This document shows positions 40,174 through 51,362 of a stretch of DNA of 64,000 nucleotides, one piece after another; position 1 is the first letter of the stretch, and each line of letters begins with the position of its first letter. The DNA lies in contig NW_019028991.1 in assembly GCF_002105155.1 (NCBI RefSeq), forward strand, positions 186,001 to 250,000. The letters are read 5' to 3'. A program made the position numbers and the translations under genes. Origin of the DNA: Lobosporangium transversale (lineage: Eukaryota). The notes under the pieces are model-generated. The model ran no database searches. It worked only from the letters and a program-made list of their open reading frames with translations, and was not told where the DNA came from.

Positions 40174-40830
40174 CACACTGTCCCATATACCAAGCGCACC
40201 GTCTACAATGCTGGTCAGACCATCAACACTGCCTACTCTGTCGGCGCTCCTCATGGAGGCGGACACTGCCAGTGGGCTCTTTCATATGACGAGGGCAAGA
40301 CCTGGGTTGTCATCAAGACCCTGATCCGCGACTGTCTCCGCAACGCTGGTCCTGACTACACCGTCCCTGTGCAGATCCCAGCCAACGCTCCTTCGGGCAA
40401 GGTTACGTTTATGTGGTTGTGGAACAATGCTGTCGGCAACCGTGAGCTGTATTCCAACTGCGCCGACATTGAGATTAAAGGCACTAATGGTGGCAGCATT
40501 ACTGGCGTTGCTCCTCTCATTGCCAACTATGGTAGCTCCTCTGTCTATATCCCTGAGTTCTCCAATGGTCCCGATGGTCGCGAGCACTTTGACAAGCGCA
40601 AGCCTGTGACCATTCGTGTCTCCGGTGGCAATGGACCTGCACCTGAGCCTGTCACTACCCAATCTACCCAGCCTCCTAAGCCTACTGCTACTCCTCCCTA
40701 TCCCCCCACCACCACCACTGCCAGGCCCATACCCACTGACTGCCCTGTTGCTGCCGCTGCCGAGACTGTGTACAGAACTGTATACAAGACTATCACCATC
40801 ACCGAGGCCGCCCAGCCCACTAATGCTTAA
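39808..40830 (+). CDS. Secreted AA11-like LPMO, copy G (287 aa, same as D); exons 39808-40014, 40174-40830
   Basis: Same motifs; GTAATT...AAAG intron; TATAAATA at 39605-39612. Confidence 0.82.
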
Positions 40831-42467
40831 GCAACAACAAGCACTTCGCATAATGCATAGAATACGCTCAAAACATACATCATATTCATCGTAAAATAGC
40901 ATAGGCATTTCTTTATTATCTATTTATTTTAATATTGTTATCCCTTATGTTTCCAGAGTGGATCAAAGGACAAACCAATATTAATCATAACGATAATAAA
41001 ATAGTTGAGACTGCTGGTTCGGTCTTGATTTTTCTTCTCTCCTCCTATTTGTCCTTTCGCTCGTCTTTTTACTTGCACAACTATATGCTACATGGATAAA
41101 TCCCCAAAGAACAGGGTATTGGAGCGGTTACCGGAAGATGATAGGCAAACCACGAGCAAAGCGGTTTGGCCACGATACAAATTGTGGAACAGACTATAGG
41201 ACCCATTCTTTCTTTCTGTTCTCTAAAGGTGCACAAGAGTTTGGACTTCCTCTCTTGTGCCCCTTGTGGGATCATATTCACTTTTTCACTTTTTCAGGAA
41301 CAATTTAATTATTATCCTCAATTCTTTGTCGATCAAATAAGTCTAGTCTAATCTACCAGCAGAGGAGTGATTATCAACGGAGACGATCATACATAATGAA
41401 AAGCATATTGATCCTTCATTTTACGTATTGGGTTTCTCTTGGTTTGTGTTACAGTCCTACGACAAGTTGTAGATGTCCCCCACAACAGAGCCCAGACAAT
41501 ATAGACAAACTCAAGTCCGTGGCAATTATCTATTTAATTTATTTCCTTTGTTGACTGACAAAATGTGGATTCCGTCGATACATTTTTTTTTTTTTTTTTT
41601 TTTTTTTCATTGCCTTGATGTGCCATGGTATCTATGGCTTGTAGTATGTATAGCATCCCTCTCCTTCGCTACTTTTCTTTCTCCATCCCTCAATCGGCGT
41701 ACTGCTACAACCTTTTGGAACTGACATTGCTGTGGTAATATTAGCTCTATTGATGGCACGTCGAATCATAGAGCTCTTCAGATTCGCCACTCCTTCTAGC
41801 CTTCTTTTTTTTTTTTTTTTTTTTTTTCATAATCGTTCGATAAATAATAATAATAATAATAAGAGGAGGCTGGATAGTTCAGCACTTGCCCCCTGTAGTT
41901 TAGTAAATTGTGTAAGAGAGGCAAAGTTTCACACCGGATTTGTGTATAGTTTGATCTGATTTATTTCCCGTATGCAGGGCTGGTGGGTAAAAGCCATTTG
42001 TACTCGGGAAATCAAAGGTGCTGTTGTTTGCATTTCATCTGGGATTTTCTTTGAAACAAAAAATGCCACAATCAATTTTTCCACATTAATCCTTGCTTAA
42101 GTTGCATTAGCACTTTCATTCTTTGTGCGCTTGGAAAAAACAAACACTGACCATCAGAGACGTGGGTTTCCATTCCAGCAGATAAACAAAGAATCGTTCT
42201 TATGTTCACAATACAGTTTTATTATATACACTTATAAACTTTGTGAGAGAATGTAAAAATGTAGTAGGAAGGCTTGAGATTGTATGTCAATAAAAGCACC
42301 GCGGCCTGCCGAGGAGATACTCTTGTCTCAGCCATCTTGTTTTACGCGTTGCCTGCGCATGTTAATGGTACAAATTGAGATTTTGACGATTTGAATGTTC
42401 ATAATGTTCTTATTAATGAGGATGGTTGGAGGGTATGTTGGTTTTTCTTTCCTTCTTTTTTTTTTTT

Positions 42468-43148
42468 TTAGTTCTTGGGACCGCTAATTGTGATAGGTTT
42501 GCGCTTAGCGAACTCGGATCGCTTGTCATCACCCCCAAATCCGAACTCAGGAATAAGTGGGCTTTGGCCATAGTTGGCAATTAAAGGAGCAACACCCTTG
42601 AGCTTGCCGCCGTTGGAGCCACCGGTGATTATAATATCAGCACAGTTGGAGTAGAGCTCACGGTTACCGACGGCATTGTTCCACAACCACATAAAGGTAG
42701 CCTTGCCATTAGGAGCATTCTTAGGGATTGGGACTGAGACAGAGTAGTCACCACCACCGGCGGCACCCTTGAGGCAATCACCTTCCTTGGTATAAAGTAC
42801 GACCCAGTTTTTATTGTCGTATGAAAGGGCCCACTGGCAGTGCCCACCACCGTGAGAGGCACCAATAGAGTAGGTAGTCCTCAATTTCGAGCCGGCCTTC
42901 ACCGTCGTGCGAGTGGCCGAGGGAGCTGTCTGTTTGCACAGAGGAGCATTCTTGCTGCCATGGACACCAATGGGAGCGTTGAGATCATAGTCTATCACTT
43001 GACCCTTGGAAGGGGGAGGGCAGCCCGCACGAGGGCTTCCACGGGCGCAGGGACGCAACAAACCAACGTGGGCCTCAGTAGAGGGAGCGACGGAGAGGAC
43101 GGTCAAGCAGGCGACAGCCATAGCAAGGATGGAGCTCTTGAACATCAT
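42468..43148 (-). CDS. Secreted AA11-like LPMO, copy H (intronless, 226 aa); diverged inverted partner of copy C
   Basis: Signal peptide ending STEA then His; HGGGHCQWALSYD; GNRELYSNCAD; minus-strand TATAAATA at 43349-43356. Confidence 0.82.
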   Translation of the reverse strand: MMFKSSILAMAVACLTVLSVAPSTEAHVGLLRPCARGSPRAGCPPPSKGQVIDYDLNAPIGVHGSKNAPLCKQTAPSATRTTVKAGSKLRTTYSIGASHGGGHCQWALSYDNKNWVVLYTKEGDCLKGAAGGGDYSVSVPIPKNAPNGKATFMWLWNNAVGNRELYSNCADIIITGGSNGGKLKGVAPLIANYGQSPLIPEFGFGGDDKRSEFAKRKPITISGPKN

Positions 43149-45618
43149 AGTTGAAAGAAGAGAGGAAAGAATATGCTTGATTGTGGGAGTTGAGGGAGCG
43201 CAAAGAGGAATAAGAAAGGCTTGTAAAAAGCTGGAAGTGAGGGCTAGTGAATAGCGGAAGGGTGAAGAATGAAGGCTTTGCCTTGGTTTTTGAGTTTGCT
43301 GAGTGAAGAATAAAGATAAAAACTTTGACGAGCAGGGGGAAAGAGAGGTATTTATATGCGATCTGTCGATTTATGGAGTTGACAATTTCATTGTCATGCC
43401 CTGAATGCTCTCTTGCCATGCGCTCAGTCTCTGTGGTACAGTCTACAACAAAAATCTTGCCTAAGCGTCGACAAGCATCGATTGGTCACAAAAATTTGCC
43501 CTTGCAGCGATGTCAATTTACATGTAATTGCAGATCTTCCAAGCGCTTTGTCTTGCCAATAAAACAAACGGTTTTGTTGACTTAATCTCCCGTAGACTCT
43601 TAAAAATTAGGCCCGTAATGCAATTTTTCACAGATTTGATAACAAATACCAAAGGTTACTAAATAGAGGATTCTCAAACAAATCTTGCCCCCTTTTTTCT
43701 TTCAAAATGAAATAAAAAGAAAAAAAAATTTAAAGTCAGGTCAGGGACCACAAAACATAAAACGGCTTAAACATTTAGCTCTGGCGGGATGAGAAAATCC
43801 CCCTAGGCCCGTCCGCTCTAGCTTCCTTTTTTCCAAGCCATGTGGAGAGTGACAGAAACCTTGGCAAGTAGATAGACCGCAACAAGGTATAGACTGTAAC
43901 ATGGATGGAAAGGTGTCAATAGAGATGAGCTACGGAGAAATAATAGAAAGCACGTCTAGCACCAAAAAAGTCTCGGGTAGAAGGCTAGGGGACAGTTCTA
44001 TAGACAAAAAAGTAAAAAGAAAGAGAGTAAGGAAAGCAGGGGAAAATAATTTTTTCACGTTTCAATCAATTAAAGAAAAATGACATAGAATAATGGTACT
44101 AATTTCCTCGTGTCTTATTGCCATGCCTGACCGCACAAGTTTGTACCTGTAAGAATCATCTACAGTAACAGGGTAAACAGGCTCATTTGCAGCTATAACC
44201 TACTTCTTCCTCCCAAAGTGATGGCAGGCTAGGTCAATCAATGACACTGTAAACTTTACAATCTGGAAATCATTCTGCAACATGCCTTAATGTTTTGAAC
44301 AGGGGTCGGTATGTACAGATTTGCATACCAGAAGCTTCTGTCGAGTATCGAAGCACCATCTTTCATTGCTCGGCAATGCACGGTATATACATTGTTCAAC
44401 TATTGACCTCTACGCTTGACACATTCAAATGCGCTGAGCTGAGTTGATATTGATATTTGGGACAATAAAAAATCTCTTTATTACAATTTTCTTTGTCTCA
44501 AGCTTCATAATCCATAAAAGATGTCGAGAGCATTATTGGGCTCCAAAAGTCCAGGTTCGTTTTCTAATGCTGAGGTAAACCAAATGGCTCTCGAAGCCTC
44601 CAGCCACTTATGATACACGTGATTTTTTTTTTGTAGCATTACAAAGCATCACAAATCTATTTGAGCCAAGACTTTTTCTAGTTAGAATGATAGATTGGCT
44701 AGAGATGATAGGCTATTACAACCTTTGTGACTGATATTACCTCTATAGTGTTATCTTAAAGGCACTGCGATCCCATTGATTTGTAACGACAATTATCCTA
44801 CTGTTGGCTATAAGTCAATACCACTTTCCTACTAATGATCTCGCCTTTTTTCTTTGCCTGCTCAAGGATTTCACTCATGAATTCTACGAGAGCATGCTAC
44901 ATGGCAAAATTGACTATGGTCAAAAAAGACTATAGTCCATTAGAGAACTTTTATATAAAATTATATATCTCGAACTATGATCTTGTATGGGTTTCAGTCC
45001 CTGATGAACTCAGAGATCTTAGTAGAAGAGATAGTACTATCTTAATTCTATCGAAAATTTATTGCTATACCTTTCAGGCTTGTTCCCGTTTACTTGACAC
45101 TACTGAACTGTTTAGGAAGACAAGAGAAGTGAAAGGGATATTGTAAGAGAGAAGGTAATCATAAACGAGTGATTGTAGAATAAGAGAAAATGACCTATTC
45201 AAAACACTAAGAGATGTGTATCATCTGTGTGTCAGTAGAGCATTTTTCACTTAGGCTACACATCTACACAGGTAGTTATAGCTCTAGTAAACCAAAAGAA
45301 GTCGAACCCTGTTTTCTGTCCACAACAGCTTTCAATATGCATGCTACATGCTTGTGCAACAATCAAAAGATTCCTTTTCATTTACGAAAAATTAGTCCCA
45401 GTGAGGCAGGAATTAAATGTATTTTCTTATATGAGATTGTTAGAATAGAAATAAATAAAGAAAAGACCTCGTGCTCACACTTTTCTTGATCATCAGCTCT
45501 TGGATCTCGATTGGACCAAGTTTGCTAGCTTTAGAGAGTCAAGGGGTGCAATAGGGGCTGCATACATGTAGCCCTTAACAATAACCAGTATATCCAAGAA
45601 GTCTTTGGAAAAGGCTCA

Positions 45619-45652
<34 letters not shown>

Positions 45653-46716
45653 ATCATAATGTTCTTTTGTTTGCAATGGTAAGATAAATATCAGTAATTA
45701 GCAATAATAAAGAGCATAGTCATGATGTTAATGCGCACGCAGCAATGTACTGTGGTGTTACTGGTTCTCAAATCCGTGATATTAAAAGTAAGTCAAGACT
45801 AAGATTCCAAACGATTGACAAGTCAACACGGCATGATAGACATGACAGGTTCAGAAGCGAAGGAAAAAAAAAGAGGTGCATACAGATTGCAAATATACAC
45901 ATACCACATACAAGCCAGACAGAGAGGACAGGTAGAGCACAGGGCAGGGCATGGCATTTTCGTTAAGCAAATGTATATATTTTTACATGCCATGATCATA
46001 AAGGATTGTGCAATGCGTGATGGGTCGTGTGCGCATCCCTTGTGTCTCCATTGGCGGTGTGAGCATCAAAAGGTTGCGCCAGAGAAGCAACGAGTGAGGA
46101 TGACAAGAATGAGCAAAAGGTTGAGACAATTCAAGCCAATCATTAACCCACATGGACAGTAATTTGATACTTTTTTCCTCACAATCTCAATTGTATTTAC
46201 TCTGTTCTGTCTTGTAAACAACAAAGACATGCAAAAATATGGATCCGATTTTCTTACTTCTTCTTTCTCTTTCGCCTCTTTTATCCACCATCCACCTGTT
46301 CTTCCACTCAAATCTCTATTATCCCTGCTACTACCATACTGACTGTTAATGACGAGGAGCGCTATTGCCTGGCTATGTATGTCTTATTTTTGGGGATGTT
46401 TCTGCACCTTTTATTGTCACAGAGGCCATGCCAAATAAAAAAGAACGTGAATTTTTACCACAGCCGAATTATTATAAAAAGTCGGGGCATTCACCTTCCC
46501 TCGCTTTTTTTTTTTTTTTTTTTTTTTTTTCAAAATAAACAAGTAAAAAAAAAAAAAAAAGTATAAAATTATTTTAATATTCACTCCCTTGCTTATCCAC
46601 TTCTCTTCTCTTCTCTTTCTTAGCTTCACCTCTACACTCGACATCAATATACGCGATACACTAACAATCACCATAAGCTTGAACAAATCCACATCCAGTC
46701 TTTCAAAGTATATTAA

Positions 46717-47436
46717 ATGGCAATGAATGTCCTGAGTCCTGTTGCTAGCCCTTCTTTTGAACCATCAAACACCATGACCACTACCACTGCTGACGATAAC
46801 AACTCCACAAGCCCTGTTGCCACGACCATGAACGCAAGCCCTCCTGCCAGCACGACTTCTACAGGATCAGGAGGCCTCCGCAGAAGCAGTACTCTCAAGG
46901 CTTACCTTGCCAACAAGAACAAGCTTAAGGAACGCCAAGCCATCAATGTTATCGTTGACCCTACAGTCCTACAGCGGCAAAAGGAGGAATCTTCATCCGA
47001 AAACGAAGTAACTGGTAGCGCACTTTCCCCTATTTCTCCAGCGGGTGCTTTTGCTACTGGCACTCCCTTGTCCCCCGTTAGTGGACGGAGGATCGACGCA
47101 GATTTGGAGGCATTGGACAAAGAAAAGAAACAGATCGAAGACCAACTTGCGATCATTACTCAACGTCTCCATCAGATTTCGCCTCCTTCATCACCGACGA
47201 TTGCTCCCATCACCACAACTGATGCCTCAATCCCTTCAAGCATCTCGTCACTATTTGCCTCATCATCTAAGGAAGAGCTACAGGAGAACAAGACCAGACT
47301 CTGTCAAGAACTGGATGTCTTGCTTATGAAACGCCGTGAGCTTCTACAGAGTTGGACCCGAGACTACAAGAGCCTGAAGCGGTCAGGATCCCTGGCCAAA
47401 CCTAAAGAGGATCTCTTCTGGGTTACAACGGCCTAA
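46717..47436 (+). CDS. Hypothetical protein, 239 aa, Ser/Thr/Pro-rich with two probable coiled-coil segments
   Basis: Intact single-exon ORF with coding-like composition; TATAAAA at ~46562 and a pyrimidine-rich leader; helical segments DADLEALDKEKKQIEDQLAIITQRL and KEELQENKTRLCQELDVLLMKRRELL. Confidence 0.75.
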   Translation: MAMNVLSPVASPSFEPSNTMTTTTADDNNSTSPVATTMNASPPASTTSTGSGGLRRSSTLKAYLANKNKLKERQAINVIVDPTVLQRQKEESSSENEVTGSALSPISPAGAFATGTPLSPVSGRRIDADLEALDKEKKQIEDQLAIITQRLHQISPPSSPTIAPITTTDASIPSSISSLFASSSKEELQENKTRLCQELDVLLMKRRELLQSWTRDYKSLKRSGSLAKPKEDLFWVTTA

Positions 47437-48679
47437 AAAAGAAAAAAATAGAAAGAAAAACGACGGGTGTAACGTCAGTGGATACTTGTTCCATGCTTCC
47501 ATTTCATGTGCATGGAAGACGAGCAAGGTGAATTACACACATGACGACACATTAGGAAATAAGACCAGGGTCCCTTTGTTTTGGTCTAACAGCAATTACA
47601 CTCGGTCCAAACACTTTTCTCTTTTTTTCCCTACTTTATGACAATTGACATCAGTGTACCATAGCAGAAAAATAAAAAAGAAAGGGAATAACAGAAAAAC
47701 AGAAATTCTCTTTTTTGTTGTGAGTAAAATAAAATAAAACAAAACATTCGTCATCCTGGTTTTCTCGACATGCTTTTTTTGATGCAACACTAAATAAAAT
47801 GACCCACACAAATTTCGGTTAAGTTTACACCGGGTGTTTACATGCACAAATATCAAAGTCAATGACGGGAAAAGCCAGGAGATTTGTCTCTTTTGTTTTC
47901 TCCGCCTCTCCATCTCTTCCACTGTCCCCTTGTTTCTCTCAAATGCTGTACGACACCACACGACAACTGCATAATTGCATTTTTTTTCTGCCTCTTTTTT
48001 TGGCCTTGTATCTGAAGTTATGAATATAGTGTCAGTATTATAGCGTAAAAAAAACCCGGGAACATCCAGAAAGCCAAAGCAAAGGCCACATAAGCACATT
48101 AGAGCATTTGAACACTGATTACATACATTAGTACACAAAAAAGACTTTGCTTTCTTTGATTCGAGAATGTTACAAGCAATAAAGTTTTTTTTTGTCATTA
48201 ATAATTACGCCCAGTTTATAAACCTTTTGTGTAATGGAGGATGCTGGTTTTTTTTTTTTTTTTTTTTTTTTTTCTCTCGGCGGAAGCTATAATCAATAAT
48301 TAATAGCCAATGAAGAGGTCAAATAACAATTTGTGATCAATAGGCATATTTTAACGCCTGCTGGGCCATATCCGGAGTCTCAATAGGCACCGCAATAAAA
48401 TCGTAGATCCCTTCAACACCACGCTAGATGATTCACACACTAAGAAAAGCTTCTAGTGATGTAAAGAAGAAAAGCCACAGCCATGCTTTTGGGAAAAGTA
48501 CCACTTCATGAATTGAAAAGGTCTATCAAGCAACAAGAACGCTCTCTCCACGTTTGATTAGACCAGGCGGCGGCGACAAATTATATGATAATCTCTTTTT
48601 TTAATGTATAATAATAAGATGGCATGATCCAGCATCAGCCAGCAAAAATCTATGAAACAGATAGGACATTACTGTCTTT

Positions 48680-50497
48680 TTACAGTCCTTCGGATTGTTG
48701 CTTCCGATAGTAGAAATCTTCGCACATCTTCAATGCTGTCAGGTTTGATCCCAACTTGTTTAGTGTCTCTTGATATTCATCCTCCTCCACACTATCATAA
48801 ACAATACCACCTCCTGCTTGCAGATAAGCAACACCATCCTTGACAACCATGGTTCGAAGTGCAATACAGGTATCTAGTCCGCCAGAGTAATCAAAATGAC
48901 CTACTGCACCAGCATACACTCCACGCTTGGTTTTCTCCAGTTCCGAAATAAGCTCCATCGCACGCACCTTTGGTGCACCTGAGGTAGTGCCTGCTGGAAA
49001 AATGCTTCTGAAAGCATCAAAAGGTGTCTTTTCATCACGTAGTGTTCCAGAAACATTGGACACAATGTGCATAACATGTGAGTAACGTTCCAGATGCATC
49101 AGAGAATCGACTTTGACTGTCTCTGGCTTACAGACCCTGTTCACGTCATTGCGACCCAAATCCACCAGCATGATATGTTCAGCCCTTTCCTTCGGATCCG
49201 CCAATAGTTCCTCTCCTAGTGCTACGTCTAATTCTGGCGTATCTCCGCGTTTTCTAGTACCGGCAATTGGGTGAGTATAAACCACACGGTTATGCACCCT
49301 AACCAACATTTCTGGTGAAGCCCCGACCAGCGTAAAATCCTTAAGATCCAGATAAAACATGTATGGTGAAGGGTTAATTGACCGCAAATGTCTATAAATG
49401 TTGAAGGGATGAAGGTTGGTGGGCTTGGCAAGTCTCTGAGAAGGTACGGCCTGGATGATATCTCCCAGTTTGATATGCTTCTTCAGCGTGGTCACAAATC
49501 CTTCATACCCTTCCTTCCCCACATTCGAAACAGGCTCCTGACCGAGTGTAATAGGTGGCTGAGGAATCTTTGGGGTGATCTCATTGTTGAGCAAATCCAC
49601 TGTAATATGAATTTCGTCCACAGCTTTCAGGTACTGATTTTCGACCTCTGCAGGGTCTGTGGCGTTGGATCGGTAGTGAGTAACAACCTGAATTTTCTGG
49701 TAAAGGTGATCAAAAATCACAATTGTATCACAGAACATAAATACGGCGTCTGGAAGACCGATAGGATCTTGTAGATCATCACGCTTGGTACGAGGCTCAA
49801 AATACTGAATATTATCGTACCCAACGTAGCCGATGGCGCCTCCGGTAAAATCCTGAATACCATTTACTTTAACATAACGGATGTTCCCGAGCTCCTTTTC
49901 CAAAATAGCTAAGGGATCGCCATGTAGGCTCTCATTAGGTCCTGTCTTCAAGACTTTGTACGGATCTAAAAAGAGGAAGGACCAACGCAAACAAAAAAGC
50001 TAGTATTAATACGACCTGTACATTCATAGGATCTTCTTATCTTCTTTGACTTGAATATCCCATCCCCATCTTCGGTCATTTATCACCAGCTGTTTATGTA
50101 TAACCTACCGCTGCCAATAAAACTGTATCGTCCAATCTTCTCGCCTCCAGCAATCGACTCGAGAAGAAATGAGTAATCACACTTGTCCGAGACTCTGAGG
50201 TATGCCATCACAGGCGTGATCATGTCAGCGGGAATCTCGGCAAAAATGGGAATCGTGTTTCCTGCATTCGCCTTGATAAAACCCTGCACCTCTTCCAGTG
50301 AAGGTCGGACAGTAACCTGTAAGTGATAAATGAAAGATTCAGTTCTTTTTCTTTTTTTCTTTTTTGTGGTCCGATTTGTGCTTGAGTGTGAAGGGAAAGA
50401 TATAAATCTGGTCTCAAAGAAAAGGAGGCAATGGCTCTGAAGGAATGTGTGATCGTTAGCTATTTCCTTAAGAAAAAGTACTTACGTTGTATACCAT
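48680..50497 (-). CDS. TRP2: Anthranilate synthase component I, ~501 aa; exons 50497-50486, 50316-50109, 49965-48680
   Basis: SFLLESIAGGEKIGRYSFIG, NPSPYMFY, HPIAGTRKRG, KERAEHIMLVDLGRND, FPAGTTSGAPKVRAM, QAGGGIVYDS. Both GT-AG introns keep the frame. Confidence 0.95.
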
Positions 50498-51362
50498 GAC
50501 GAAATATATTTGTAATGTTTATAATTACGGAGGAGGAGGAGAAATGAATGTAATGAGGATGCAAGGAAGAGGAATGTGATGCTTGATCAAGATGGGTGGT
50601 ATAAAAAAGAGGCAGCTTTGTTACACAGCCGTTTTTTTTTTTTTTTTTTTTTTTGATCTCCACCAATTGATTGTGTGATATGGCTTGTGCAATGACTGAC
50701 TCACTTTGGCTCCCTCGCCCACTTTATTTAAGTCACTCACATATACACCATTCACGTATTATAAACGCGATCTTCGTACATTTATTTTATTGGCACCAAC
50801 ATTAATTAAATCAACACTATCCTTTGCCATCCTTCATACTTCTTTGGCGTTTCGATTGGTAGGTTCTTTTGCGACGTGTTTTTTATGACACATTCCAAAG
50901 GAGCTGTAAAAAAAAAAAAAAAGCAAAACACGTCAATTATCCTCATACATGGATTCTTTAAAGTTAATGAGGTTTAAGGCATTGATCTAAGCCGAAAGCT
51001 ACGATTATTGATAACAAGCACGTGCTGAATTGTGATTGGAGCGTGCCGCTTCAGTGTGCAGTTAAAATTTTCAGCCTGCTGCTTCGATTTTCAGCCTGCT
51101 GCTTCAATTTCTCAGCCCGCATGTCGCTCCGATATTCCAGCATGCTTGTTAAATTTCAGCGCAGTCTTCCAGCCAGCTTGACCAAGTGTTCTACCATGCA
51201 CTGCCACCTCGGACATCGTTCGCCATTTATCCTAGACAGCTACAGAATGGATAATATACATTTAAACACATATCAGTTTTGTATATGCACATGGTGCCAG
51301 CCATAATCACCCTTCATTGTTTCCTCACAAAAAAAAATGGCGTACTGACTGCTGAACGCAAA

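Larger units (their letters stand above)
34524..41827. repeat. Right arm (~7.3 kb) of the large inverted repeat
   Basis: Reverse complement of 26834-34118. Differences I could see: one homopolymer length (32 vs 30) and a 13-nt indel near the outer end (~41773-41786). Confidence 0.97.

Noticed and set aside
27732..40908. Long antisense and alternate-frame ORFs over the LPMO genes (e.g. 27732-28358, 32211-32657, 35983-36429, 40282-40908)
   Set aside because: Shadows of codon-biased real genes; they recur only because the genes are duplicated.
47596..48198. 200 aa minus-strand ORF
   Set aside because: Low-complexity composition; lies between the convergent 3' ends of two genes.
51068..51118. 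About 2.5 copies of a ~20-nt unit TTTTCAGCCTGCTGCTTC
   Set aside because: Short local duplication without spacers; not CRISPR-like and not in a credible ORF.
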